Source: an uncultured Chloroflexia bacterium
Lineage (GTDB): Bacteria > Chloroflexota > Limnocylindria > Limnocylindrales > CSP1-4
Direction of reading: 5' to 3'
Length of the DNA: 64,000 nucleotides
Assembly (NCBI GenBank): GCA_963841545.1
Contig: CAWJDE010000002.1
Coordinates: 122,875 to 186,874, forward strand
Shown here: positions 35,506 through 43,668 of the stretch, one piece after another
Numbering within the stretch: the stretch's first letter is position 1
How the letters are laid out: every line of letters begins with the position of its first letter
The notes under the pieces: model-generated
What the model was told of the DNA's origin: nothing
Seen by the model: the letters and a program-made list of their open reading frames with translations, nothing else
Databases searched by the model: none
Position numbers and translations under genes: made by a program

Positions 35506-35678
35506 CCGCGGCTCGCCCATGCGCCTTCCAGCGGCAGGCCGGCGTCCTCCCCGTCGAGCAGGCCGCCGGCGTAGCGGCGCACGTCGAGCCTCGCCTTGGG
35601 CTCGTCGCGGTCGATGGTGCGGATCGGCTCGGCGCCCAGTGCCGCGGATCGGTGCGGCTGATCCGTCCGGATGGCCAT
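35502..35678 (-). CDS. Possible 58-aa protein translationally coupled to the DinB-like gene
   Basis: MAIRTDQPHRSAALGAEPIRTIDRDEPKARLDVRRYAGGLLDGEDAGLPLEGAWASRG. ATGA overlap with the downstream start. Composition is protein-like compared with neighbouring Arg-rich shadow frames. Confidence 0.35.
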   Translation of the reverse strand: MAIRTDQPHRSAALGAEPIRTIDRDEPKARLDVRRYAGGLLDGEDAGLPLEGAWASRG

Positions 35679-35922
35679 GACGCATGGTCGCACGCCGCGT
35701 CCCAGGCTCGCGCTCGGAGCGGCGGCGCCGGACGCCGCAGGGTTCCGTGAGCACGGCGCCCGGCGTCGCTCAGCCGCCGGGACCGGGGACGCCGGCGGCA
35801 CGACCGCGCCCTTCACGCTGCCATCGTGGCATGCGACGAACAGGACGGACGTCGCGTTCCCGTTGCGGTTCGGGGAAACGGGCTGGTCAGGCCCCCCGGC
35901 CGCGTGCGACGATGCGCCGACG

Positions 35923-36606
35923 ATGAGCCCACCGGCGCCCGGCGCGCTTCGCATCGTGATCGCCGACGACTCCCTGCTGGTCAGGGAAGGTACCGCACGC
36001 CTGCTCGACGAGGCGGGCTTCGAGGTCGTCGGCCAGGCCGGCGACGCCGAACAGCTGCTGTCCCTGGTCGACGAGACCCGGCCTGACGTGGCGATCGTCG
36101 ACATCCGGATGCCGCCCGATTTCACGGACGAGGGGCTCAAGGCCGCTGCGGCGATCCACGAGCACCATGCCGACGTGGGCATCCTCGTCCTCTCGCACCA
36201 CGTCGACGCGGCGTTCGCCCTGCGGCTGCTGCGCGAGGGCGCGCGCGGCACCGGATACCTGCTCAAGGATCGGCTGGTCGACCTCGAGGACTTCTCGGAT
36301 GCCGTGCGCCGGGTCGCACGGGGCGGCTCGGTGGTGGATCCGGCGGTCGTGTCGCGGCTGGTCGAGCAGCCGCAATCGAGGCACCGTCTCGCCGAGCTCA
36401 CCGAGCGCGAGCGGGAGGTGCTGGCGCTCATGGCGGAGGGCCGGTCGAACCAGGCGATCGCGGACCGGCTGTTCGTGACGCCCAAGACCGTCGAGGCGCA
36501 CATCGCGTCGATCTTCTCGAAGCTCGACCTGCTGCCGGCGCCCGACGATCACCGGCGCGTGCTGGCGGTGCTCGCCTACCTGGGGCTCGAGTCGGAGCCC
36601 GCCTAG
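35923..36606 (+). CDS. NarL/FixJ-family response regulator (receiver + LuxR HTH)
   Basis: RIVIADDSLLVREG, phospho-acceptor context DVAIVDIRMPP, LSHH. HTH: LTEREREVLALMAEGRSNQAIADRLFVTPKTVEAHIASIFSKL. Confidence 0.85.
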   Translation: MSPPAPGALRIVIADDSLLVREGTARLLDEAGFEVVGQAGDAEQLLSLVDETRPDVAIVDIRMPPDFTDEGLKAAAAIHEHHADVGILVLSHHVDAAFALRLLREGARGTGYLLKDRLVDLEDFSDAVRRVARGGSVVDPAVVSRLVEQPQSRHRLAELTEREREVLALMAEGRSNQAIADRLFVTPKTVEAHIASIFSKLDLLPAPDDHRRVLAVLAYLGLESEPA

Positions 36607-37028
36607 GCGGAGGTATCGGGCCGGCGTGCGTCGGCCCGGACGACCGGGACGAGCTCGCCGATGGTCGCCGCCGACAGGTCGTCCTTGCGCACGAACCCGG
36701 CGGCCGGGCTGGCGGACACGCGGCCACCGTACGTCGAGGCGTCGCGGCTCGAGGTCAGGACGATGTCCGGGGCGCCGTCGACGCCGGCGAGACGGGCCGC
36801 GATCTCGAAGCCGTCGAGGTCGGGCAGGCCGATGTCGAGCAGCACGACATCCGGCCTGAGGGTTGCCGCGACGTCCAGCGCCGAGCGTCCATCGGCGGCC
36901 TCGCCCACCACGCGCAACCCCTCCGACTCGAGCAGCGCACGCGCCGCCCGGCGGAAGTCCGGGTGATCGTCGACGATGAGGAAGGTGGTCACGCGGTGGG
37001 CGCCTCGATGCGGCGTTCTGGTGGACAT
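36603..37028 (-). CDS. Stand-alone receiver-domain response regulator
   Basis: FLIVDDHPDFRRAA, DVVLLDIGLPDLDG, IVLTSS. No output domain. The start could be the GTG at 36992. Confidence 0.8.
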   Translation of the reverse strand: MSTRTPHRGAHRVTTFLIVDDHPDFRRAARALLESEGLRVVGEAADGRSALDVAATLRPDVVLLDIGLPDLDGFEIAARLAGVDGAPDIVLTSSRDASTYGGRVSASPAAGFVRKDDLSAATIGELVPVVRADARRPDTSA

Positions 37029-37112
37029 CGGGTCACATCGTGGACCATGGCCGGACGCTGCGCATTGGGGACACCCCGAAAGCGCGGCCGGGCCAGCCCT
37101 TCCGCGGGCCGC

Positions 37113-38708
37113 CTATCCGACCGCGCGGCGCCGCCGCTCGTGGACGGCATCGTGGATCTCGGCGGTGGAGCGGGCTGGCCGATGGGCGCGTGCGCGGGCC
37201 TCCGCCGCGGGAGCGATGCCGCCCTCGACATCGTCCGCATCACCCGACCGACGTGCGCCGTTGCCGACGACCGGAATGCCGGCGCTCTCCAGCTCGTCGC
37301 CCGCATGGTACGGATCGAGCTCCCAGGGCAGCCCCGCGGCGAAGATCGAGACGAACACCTCGACCAGCTCCGGATCGAACTGGACGCCGCCCTGCCGGCG
37401 CAGCTCGGCCAGGGCCTCCTCGTGGGTGATCGACTCGCGGTAGGGACGGCCGGCGACCATCGCCTCATACGCATCGACGATGGACACGATGCGGGCGCCG
37501 ACCGGGATCTCCGTTCCGGCAAGGCCGTGCGGATAGCCGCGGCCGTCGTACCACTCGTGATGGTGGAGCACGATCGTGGCGGCATCGCGCAGGGCGCCCG
37601 CCTGCTCGAGCACCACCTGGCCGATCTTCGGATGCTCGGTGACCACGCGCCATTCGGACATGGCGAGCTCGCCCGGCCGGTCGAGGATCTCGTCGGGGAT
37701 GGCGAGCTTGCCCAGGTCATGGAGGAGGCTCGCCGTCCGGATCCGGTCGAGCTCGCCCTGGGGGAGATCGATCGCGCGAGCCAGGGCGACCGAGGCCTCG
37801 GCGATCAGCGTGGACGGCTTGCCGGCCCAGCCCGGCCGTCCGGCGAGGGTCTCGATCAGCGCGTCCTGCGCCGCCACCATCGCGGCGCGGCCGACGTCGA
37901 GCGCACGCGAGCGAGCCTCGGAGCTGATGGGCGCCCGGCGAACCGTTCCGTCATCGCCGGTCTCGCGGAACACGAACACCTGGTCGCGCCCCAGGGCCTT
38001 GGCCGAGTACAGGGCGGCGTCCGCGTCGCGGACCAGGTGATCGAGCTGGATCGTGTCGACCTGGCCGCCGGCAACCCCTGCCGACAGGGTGACCGAGACC
38101 TTCTCGCCCTCGGGCAGGCGGACCTCGATGCCGCTCACCGCGCGGCGCAGCTTCTCGGCAAGGGCGGCCGCCGCGTCGACGTCCGTCTCCGGCAGCACGA
38201 TCAGGAACTCCTCGCCTCCGTAGCGCCCGGCCATGTCCACGTTGCGCACGCTCGCCCCGAGCATCTGCCCGACGTGCCGGAGCACGGTGTCGCCCGCCAC
38301 GTGCCCATGGGCATCGTTGAGCCGCTTGAAGTGATCGAGGTCCACGATGATCACCGAGAGCGGGTGGTGGTAGCGGCTCGCGCGGGCCAGCTCCCCGGCA
38401 AGCCGGGCCATGACGGCCTGGCGGTTGGCGATGCCGGTCAGCGGGTCGACGGTCGCGAGACGCCAGGTATCGGCGACCCGGCCGGAGAGCTCCTGGAACG
38501 CCGCCCGCAGGCGAGGGTCGGCGATCCGGTGCGCCTCGATCGAGATCAGCGCCCCGTCGTCACCGGCCCGGGCCAGTCGTTCGGCCAGCCCGGCCAGACG
38601 GCGGTTCTGGCGCCGCACCACAAGCAGGGCAAAGCCGGCGGATCCCGCCAGCGCCCCGACCAATGCCGCCGCGAGCAGGAACGCTGCCGCGGCTGTCCAG
38701 ACGTCCAA
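37113..38708 (-). CDS. Membrane-anchored diguanylate cyclase (GGDEF) fused to an HD-GYP phosphodiesterase domain
   Basis: N-terminal TM helix. DPLTGIANR, RYGGEEFLIV (intact GGEEF). Then HDLGKLAIP, HHHEWYDGRGYPHGL (HD-GYP), IVDAYEAM. Confidence 0.85.
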   Translation of the reverse strand: MDVWTAAAAFLLAAALVGALAGSAGFALLVVRRQNRRLAGLAERLARAGDDGALISIEAHRIADPRLRAAFQELSGRVADTWRLATVDPLTGIANRQAVMARLAGELARASRYHHPLSVIIVDLDHFKRLNDAHGHVAGDTVLRHVGQMLGASVRNVDMAGRYGGEEFLIVLPETDVDAAAALAEKLRRAVSGIEVRLPEGEKVSVTLSAGVAGGQVDTIQLDHLVRDADAALYSAKALGRDQVFVFRETGDDGTVRRAPISSEARSRALDVGRAAMVAAQDALIETLAGRPGWAGKPSTLIAEASVALARAIDLPQGELDRIRTASLLHDLGKLAIPDEILDRPGELAMSEWRVVTEHPKIGQVVLEQAGALRDAATIVLHHHEWYDGRGYPHGLAGTEIPVGARIVSIVDAYEAMVAGRPYRESITHEEALAELRRQGGVQFDPELVEVFVSIFAAGLPWELDPYHAGDELESAGIPVVGNGARRSGDADDVEGGIAPAAEARARAHRPARSTAEIHDAVHERRRRAVG

Positions 38709-38918
38709 AGCACCTCACGCAGGTGTTCGTGCGGCGCGTCCCCGCGGGTATCGCACGTTCCCACCAGCCTACGGTGGCCGCCGCCGAACGCCATGAACCG
38801 ATGGTCCCGGACGCACCGCGTTCCCGGGCCTGGTGCGCGAAGCCGCCGGGCAGGGCCCAGTCGGCCATGACCCGAAAGTCCTGCCCGGCCACCGCCCATC
38901 CCGGCGACGGACACGCCA

Positions 38919-39836
38919 TCAGGCCGCGTCCCCACCAGCGACGCGTGCGCGCGCCACCTCGCGCTCAGCGCTGCCGGTCAGCCGCCAGGCGTACCTGCTC
39001 GGGCCGTCGCCGGCCCAGGTGGTGGCGAGCAGCTGCTCGTTCGGGCCGGCCGGCACCAGGTATTCGATCCGCAGCCGACGGGGCGTGCCGGCCACGGCCA
39101 GGCGCCCCCGATCGCCCAGGGCGAGGAGCGATGCCTCGAGGTAGTCGAGGTAGGTGGCGTTGTTGACGTGGGCCATGGGATCGAGGTCCTGGGGCCGGAC
39201 CAGGAGCTCGAGCCGATGGGCGTCGGGCGGCGCATCGGGCAGGGGCACGCGACCCGGCTCGAACGACCCGGGGGGAACCGAGAACCGCCCCGGGAACGCT
39301 GGCGGGACCCGGGTTGGCAGGCCGCGCGAATCGGTCATCACCCAATCGGTGTGGCCCCAGGCGGCCTCGGACCCGTCGGCGAACCGGGCCTCGGTCCGGC
39401 GCCGCGCCCAGACCTTGCGGAACCCGATCACGCGCGTGGTCACGGACAGGGTGGCACCCAGGGGGATCGGCTGGAGGACCGCCAGCTCCGCCGCCCGGAC
39501 CACCCAGGCCAGCCCCCGATCGGCGTACCAGCGACGGTCGAACCCGAGCCGCTCCGAATGGATCCACGCGACGTCCTGTGCGTAGCGGAGCAGGACGGAC
39601 GTGCGGGCAGTCCCGTCTGGGCCACACTCGTCGAAGCGGACCCGGTACGGGACGGTGATGGCGGCGGCCTCGCCATCGGAGGCCGCGACATCGGCGGCGG
39701 CGCCATCGGCGGCGGCGCCATCGGAGGCCGCGACATCGGAACGCGCGCCGTCGGCGACGGAACCCGCGCCGTCGGAACGCGCGCCATCGGCGACGGAACC
39801 CGCGCCGTCGGAACGCGCGCCGTCGGCGGCGCTCAT
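38919..39836 (-). CDS. Acyl-ACP-thioesterase-like (double hotdog) protein with repetitive N-terminus
   Basis: YRVRFDECGPDGTARTSVLLRYAQDVAWIHSE and LLVRPQDLDPMAHVNNATYLDYLE give two hotdog halves. The N-terminal 55 aa are Ala/Asp/Gly/Ser repeats. The ATG overlaps the upstream stop (ATGA). Confidence 0.7.
   Translation of the reverse strand: MSAADGARSDGAGSVADGARSDGAGSVADGARSDVAASDGAAADGAAADVAASDGEAAAITVPYRVRFDECGPDGTARTSVLLRYAQDVAWIHSERLGFDRRWYADRGLAWVVRAAELAVLQPIPLGATLSVTTRVIGFRKVWARRRTEARFADGSEAAWGHTDWVMTDSRGLPTRVPPAFPGRFSVPPGSFEPGRVPLPDAPPDAHRLELLVRPQDLDPMAHVNNATYLDYLEASLLALGDRGRLAVAGTPRRLRIEYLVPAGPNEQLLATTWAGDGPSRYAWRLTGSAEREVARARVAGGDAA
39672..39833. repeat. In-frame tandem repeats (36-nt units plus 15-nt units) in the thioesterase 5' end
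   Basis: Two exact-length 36-nt units at 39738-39773 and 39774-39809 (1 mismatch) plus a partial third. Upstream is an A-B-B-A array of 15-nt units (ATCGGAGGCCGCGAC / ATCGGCGGCGGCGCC). Confidence 0.8.
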
Positions 39837-40519
39837 GCCGGTGACCGTCCGGCCAGGCGATCGAGGCGCTCCAGGGCGATCAGGCGGAGGCTGTCGAGCG
39901 CCACCGGGCCATGCTCGCGCACGAGTCGCACCTCGCACGAGCGCCGGGCATCGAACACCACGAGGCCCACCAGGAGCCGAGCCCCCTCCGCCTCGGCGTG
40001 ACGCCGGGCGTCGTCGAGCTGGTGGAGCACGTCGGCCTTGATCCCGCGAGCACCCCACTTGCAGTCCCACGCCTCCGGCCGCGACTCGGCCTCGACGGTG
40101 ACGTCGTACGGGTGGATCTCCGCCGGTCGGCCGTCGAACAGGATCCGGCGCTCGCGGCGAACGGGGCCCGTGCGGGCGACCAGGAGCCGCTCGGTGAGCG
40201 CCTCGACGATCGCACCGCGGTACTGGCTGCGTGCCTGCTCGCCGCGCTCGGCAACCTCCAGCGAGACCGCGAGGATCGCCTCCGAGCGGTCCCGTGCCGG
40301 ATCACCGGGGAGCGACGCCGCACCGCCGAACAGCGTCGGGAACATCGCACGCCACGTGGCGGGCTCCGTCGACATGCCGTTCATGACCGCCCGGGCGAGC
40401 AGCCGCTGGACCGCCGACGCCTCGGCGAGGAGGTCGGCCGCGCGGGCCACCAGCGGGTCGGCCTGGACGTGCGCGTAGACCACCGCCCGACCGTCCGGAC
40501 GCGCGTCGGCGAACCGCAT
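39833..40519 (-). CDS. Hypothetical protein, possible PD-(D/E)xK nuclease-like C-terminal region
   Basis: 228 aa. HPYDVTVEAESRPEAWDCKWG has the spacing of a D...(D/E)xK motif. TGATG overlap upstream and ATGA overlap downstream. Confidence 0.55.
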   Translation of the reverse strand: MRFADARPDGRAVVYAHVQADPLVARAADLLAEASAVQRLLARAVMNGMSTEPATWRAMFPTLFGGAASLPGDPARDRSEAILAVSLEVAERGEQARSQYRGAIVEALTERLLVARTGPVRRERRILFDGRPAEIHPYDVTVEAESRPEAWDCKWGARGIKADVLHQLDDARRHAEAEGARLLVGLVVFDARRSCEVRLVREHGPVALDSLRLIALERLDRLAGRSPA

Positions 40520-40818
40520 CACCCGACCTCGCCGAGGGCCGCGAGGGCCACCTGGGGCAGCGTCGAGAGCCAGTCGATCGCCCGGTGCGGATCGTCGACC
40601 AGGGCGGCCTCCGCGACGAGGGCGTCGATGGCCCCGGTCGCCTCGCCGGGTGCCGGCTCCGCGCCCCTGGCCGCAGCGACAGCCAGCAGGCGCGCGCGCC
40701 ATACCGTGTCGAGGTCGGCGACGTACTGCCACTCGTCCTCGACGGCCTCTGCCGTGGTCGCGAGCGTGGCGAACCCGTCGAGGGCGCGCGCGACGAGGGC
40801 AGCGATCGTCTCGGACAC
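40519..40818 (-). CDS. Hypothetical 99-aa acidic protein
   Basis: MSETIAALVARALDGFATLATTAEAVEDEWQYVADL.... First gene of a three-gene string linked by overlapping stops and starts. Confidence 0.5.
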   Translation of the reverse strand: MSETIAALVARALDGFATLATTAEAVEDEWQYVADLDTVWRARLLAVAAARGAEPAPGEATGAIDALVAEAALVDDPHRAIDWLSTLPQVALAALGEVG

Positions 40819-40978
40819 GATCGCAGCCTACGTCGAAGCGGCGACGCCTGCCGGACGGGGCGGAGCCGACGCCGCATGGCGAACGAGGGACCGCGTGGTG
40901 GACCGTCGCCGGCGGGGGTCTCGTCGGGCGGCCGCGAGACCGCGATCCGGCAACCCTTGCCGGGTCAGGCGAGCTGGG

Positions 40979-41338
40979 TCAGACGGCCTCGGTGCTTCCG
41001 GCGAGCTGCGCCACGGTCGCCCGCGGGCTGCGGGCGAGGCTGGTCCTGGCGTCGGCGGCGAGCCGCTCGAGCATCCGGCGGCCATGCGAGTCCCAGCGGG
41101 TGGAGTACACGTCCAACGCCTCGCGCCGGATCTTCCAGGCGGTCGCGCGCTCGCCGGCGCGCTCGAGGCGGGCGACGCCGTCGAGCACCTCGCGATACAG
41201 GCTGGGCAGCGCCTCGGCCGGGCTCTGGGTGTCCATCCAGGACACCGTGCCCCCGGGCATGCCGGATGGAAATGGGCGAGTCGTCCCGAGCCGCCGACCC
41301 CATGAGTCCGGGGTGGTGCGTCCGTGCACCTCCGACAA
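40979..41338 (-). CDS. Hypothetical protein
   Basis: Helical, charged sequence (LPSLYREVLDGVARLERAGERATAWKIRREALDVYSTRWDSHGRRMLERL). The start may be the internal ATG at 41236. Confidence 0.4.
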   Translation of the reverse strand: MSEVHGRTTPDSWGRRLGTTRPFPSGMPGGTVSWMDTQSPAEALPSLYREVLDGVARLERAGERATAWKIRREALDVYSTRWDSHGRRMLERLAADARTSLARSPRATVAQLAGSTEAV

Positions 41339-41389
41339 CGGCCGCCGGCAGCAGCGCGCCGCTCGTGGCGGCGACGCGAGCGAGCCAGA

Positions 41390-41917
41390 TCAGCAGTCGA
41401 ACACGAACCAGCACAGCTCGTTGCGCAGCCGCTCGTCGTCGAGCACCAGGTCCCGGATCTCGTGGGGCAGCTGGGTCCGCTGCCACCGGCACTCGGTGCG
41501 GCCGGCCGCCGCAGCGTCTCCGTCCGGCGCAGCCGCCTGCGCCGCCCGGATCGCGTAGGCCGCGGCACCGAGCTCGTGGGCCGCCACGTGGCCCACCGCC
41601 GCGGCCTGGCCGGCGGCGTACGCGGCATGCCGTGCCGCCCCACGCAGGTCCCTGGCCGCGGCGTTGGCGTGGCCGGCCGCCGTGCGGGCCTCCCACCACG
41701 TGATCTCACCCCGCGCCCAGGCACGCCCGAGGTCGATTGCCCGACGCGGACGGTCGTCCTGCGGCCGCGCCTGCTCGAAGTGGGGCAGCACGTGCTCCGC
41801 GCAGTCGGCCGCCCACGTCGCGAGCCGACGATGATCGTCGTCCCGGAGAGTCCCGCCGCGACGCACGGTGATGAACCGCGGATCCCGGATCTTGGGGAGG
41901 ATCACCAGCCTGCCCAT
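41390..41917 (-). CDS. Imm-5-like putative immunity-domain protein (assigned from memory of the family)
   Basis: LATWAADCAEHVLPHFEQARPQDDRPRRAIDLGRAWARGE...AAHELGAAAYAIRAA matches the helical-repeat pattern I associate with Imm-5-like proteins of actinomycetes. Confidence 0.5.
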   Translation of the reverse strand: MGRLVILPKIRDPRFITVRRGGTLRDDDHRRLATWAADCAEHVLPHFEQARPQDDRPRRAIDLGRAWARGEITWWEARTAAGHANAAARDLRGAARHAAYAAGQAAAVGHVAAHELGAAAYAIRAAQAAAPDGDAAAAGRTECRWQRTQLPHEIRDLVLDDERLRNELCWFVFDC

Positions 41918-42016
41918 CCCGCACTTCCTGTGTCCGCCATGGTCGGTCCGTCACCCCTCCCGGGCAAGCGTGATCGCGGACAGGGAGCGGGGCCGCTCGC
42001 CGTCCGCGACATGGCC

Positions 42017-42349
42017 TCAGTCGCCCCGGTGGGCCCCGCTCTCGATCCGGAAGCCGTGACCGAGCCCGCGAGCAGGCTCCCAGCGCGGGACCACTCGATC
42101 CACGATCGCCGCCGGTGGTCCATCGGCCAGCCGCTCGAGCAGCACCTCGAGATCGCCGCGGGCGCCCTCGGCGACGACGCGCACGCTGCCGTCCGCCTCG
42201 TTGCTGACGAAGCCGTCGAGCTCCAGGCGGTATGCCTCGCGCAGGGCGAACACGCGATAGCCGACGCCCTGGACGCGACCCCGCACCGACGCGTCGAGCC
42301 GCGACCGCTCACGGGTGGCCTCCGGGCCGGCCGTCGGCCGGTCGCTCAC
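42017..42349 (-). CDS. acyP: Acylphosphatase
   Basis: VRGRVQGVGYRVFALREAYRLELDGFVSNEADGSVRVVAEG is the classic acylphosphatase signature. GTG 42349 is chosen; ATG 42442 would overlap holB. Confidence 0.8.
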   Translation of the reverse strand: MSDRPTAGPEATRERSRLDASVRGRVQGVGYRVFALREAYRLELDGFVSNEADGSVRVVAEGARGDLEVLLERLADGPPAAIVDRVVPRWEPARGLGHGFRIESGAHRGD

Positions 42350-42398
42350 CGGCGCGACCCGACGAGCATCGCCGCGCGTGCGTCGCACTCGTGCGTCC

Positions 42399-43655
42399 TC
42401 ACGCGCCGGCCATGGGAGCCGGCCGGGGCGACGGGTCGACACGAGGCCAGCGAAGCAGCGTCACATCCAGCAGCAGCTCGGGACTGACGTTCGCGTCGAG
42501 CAGCTCACGGGCCCGGACCAGGGCCTCTGCGGCTCGGCCGGCGGCGCCCGGTTGCAGGCGCCCGGCGACGGCGACCAGCTCGTCGAGCAGCGTCACGTCC
42601 CGGATCGAACGCCCGGCACCCTGCTCCGCGAGCGCAAGATCCCTGGCCAGCTCGGTCCACGCGTCGAGGACGACGCCGAGCGCGCGCCGGCGCTCGGCAG
42701 CGGATGCCCTGCGGTCGCCGCCGGCGGCGTCGGCCGGCGCGTCGTTGTCAGGCTCGGCGGCCGTGGCCTCGGACGTCCCGGGGCCCGGATCCGCGGCGAT
42801 CGATGCCGGCGAGGCCCGACCGCGGCCCCGGCTGCGCCGCGCTTCGGAGGGCTCACCGGACGGCGGTGCCAGGAGTCCGGCGAGCGTCGCGCCCCGGCCC
42901 ATCAGGTCGCGCCCCGCGGCGAGCCGGGCAGCCCGGCCACGGCCGAGGAGGTCCAGCAACGTTCGGGTGATCTCGCCCCGAATCGTGACGGCCTCGGGGG
43001 CGGCGGCATAGGCCACGGCGAGCCCCGACCGCCCGCCGACCAGCCGCGCCAGCCGCGCTGCCGTCGGTGGATCCGCCAGCTCGCGAGCCGCCAGCAGCTC
43101 CTCCACGTCGCGCACGCCCACCGTGCCCAGCCGGACCCGCGCGCAGCGCGAGCGGATGGTCGGCAGCAGCCGCTCCTCGTCGTCGGCGATCAGGATCAGG
43201 GTCGTGTCGGCGGGCGGCTCCTCGAGCGTCTTGAGCAGCGCCGACTGGGCGTCCTCGTTCATGCGGTGGGCGTCGTGGACCACCGCCACGCGGCTGCCGC
43301 CCTCGACCGGGAGCAGCGCCAGCTCGGTGACCAGGTCGCGCACGCCGCGCGGACGACCGGGACCGCCGATGCCGACCTGCCCGCCGGGCCCCTCGGGCTC
43401 GAGCCGGTGCAGGTCCGGATGGTTGTCGTGCTCGACCATCCGGCAGCCGCGGCACGATCGGCACGGCCGGTCCGCCCCGGCCGCACCGGTGCACAGCAGC
43501 GCGGCAGCCAGGTCGGCGGCGAGCGCCTGCTTGCCGACCGACGGCGGACCGGCCAGCAGCAGCGCGTGCGGCACATGCGTCGCCAGCATGGACCGGACGG
43601 CCCCCACCGCGGCCCGCTGGCCGACCGTCCGGAAGGTGTCCGTGCCGTGCTCCAC
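42399..43655 (-). CDS. holB: DNA polymerase III subunit delta'
   Basis: HALLLAGPPSVGKQALA, zinc module CRSCRGC, NEDAQSALLKTLEEPP, TIRSRC. The GTG start lies 11 nt after the upstream stop. Confidence 0.85.
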   Translation of the reverse strand: MEHGTDTFRTVGQRAAVGAVRSMLATHVPHALLLAGPPSVGKQALAADLAAALLCTGAAGADRPCRSCRGCRMVEHDNHPDLHRLEPEGPGGQVGIGGPGRPRGVRDLVTELALLPVEGGSRVAVVHDAHRMNEDAQSALLKTLEEPPADTTLILIADDEERLLPTIRSRCARVRLGTVGVRDVEELLAARELADPPTAARLARLVGGRSGLAVAYAAAPEAVTIRGEITRTLLDLLGRGRAARLAAGRDLMGRGATLAGLLAPPSGEPSEARRSRGRGRASPASIAADPGPGTSEATAAEPDNDAPADAAGGDRRASAAERRRALGVVLDAWTELARDLALAEQGAGRSIRDVTLLDELVAVAGRLQPGAAGRAAEALVRARELLDANVSPELLLDVTLLRWPRVDPSPRPAPMAGA

Positions 43656-43668
43656 GGCCTGGGGGACG

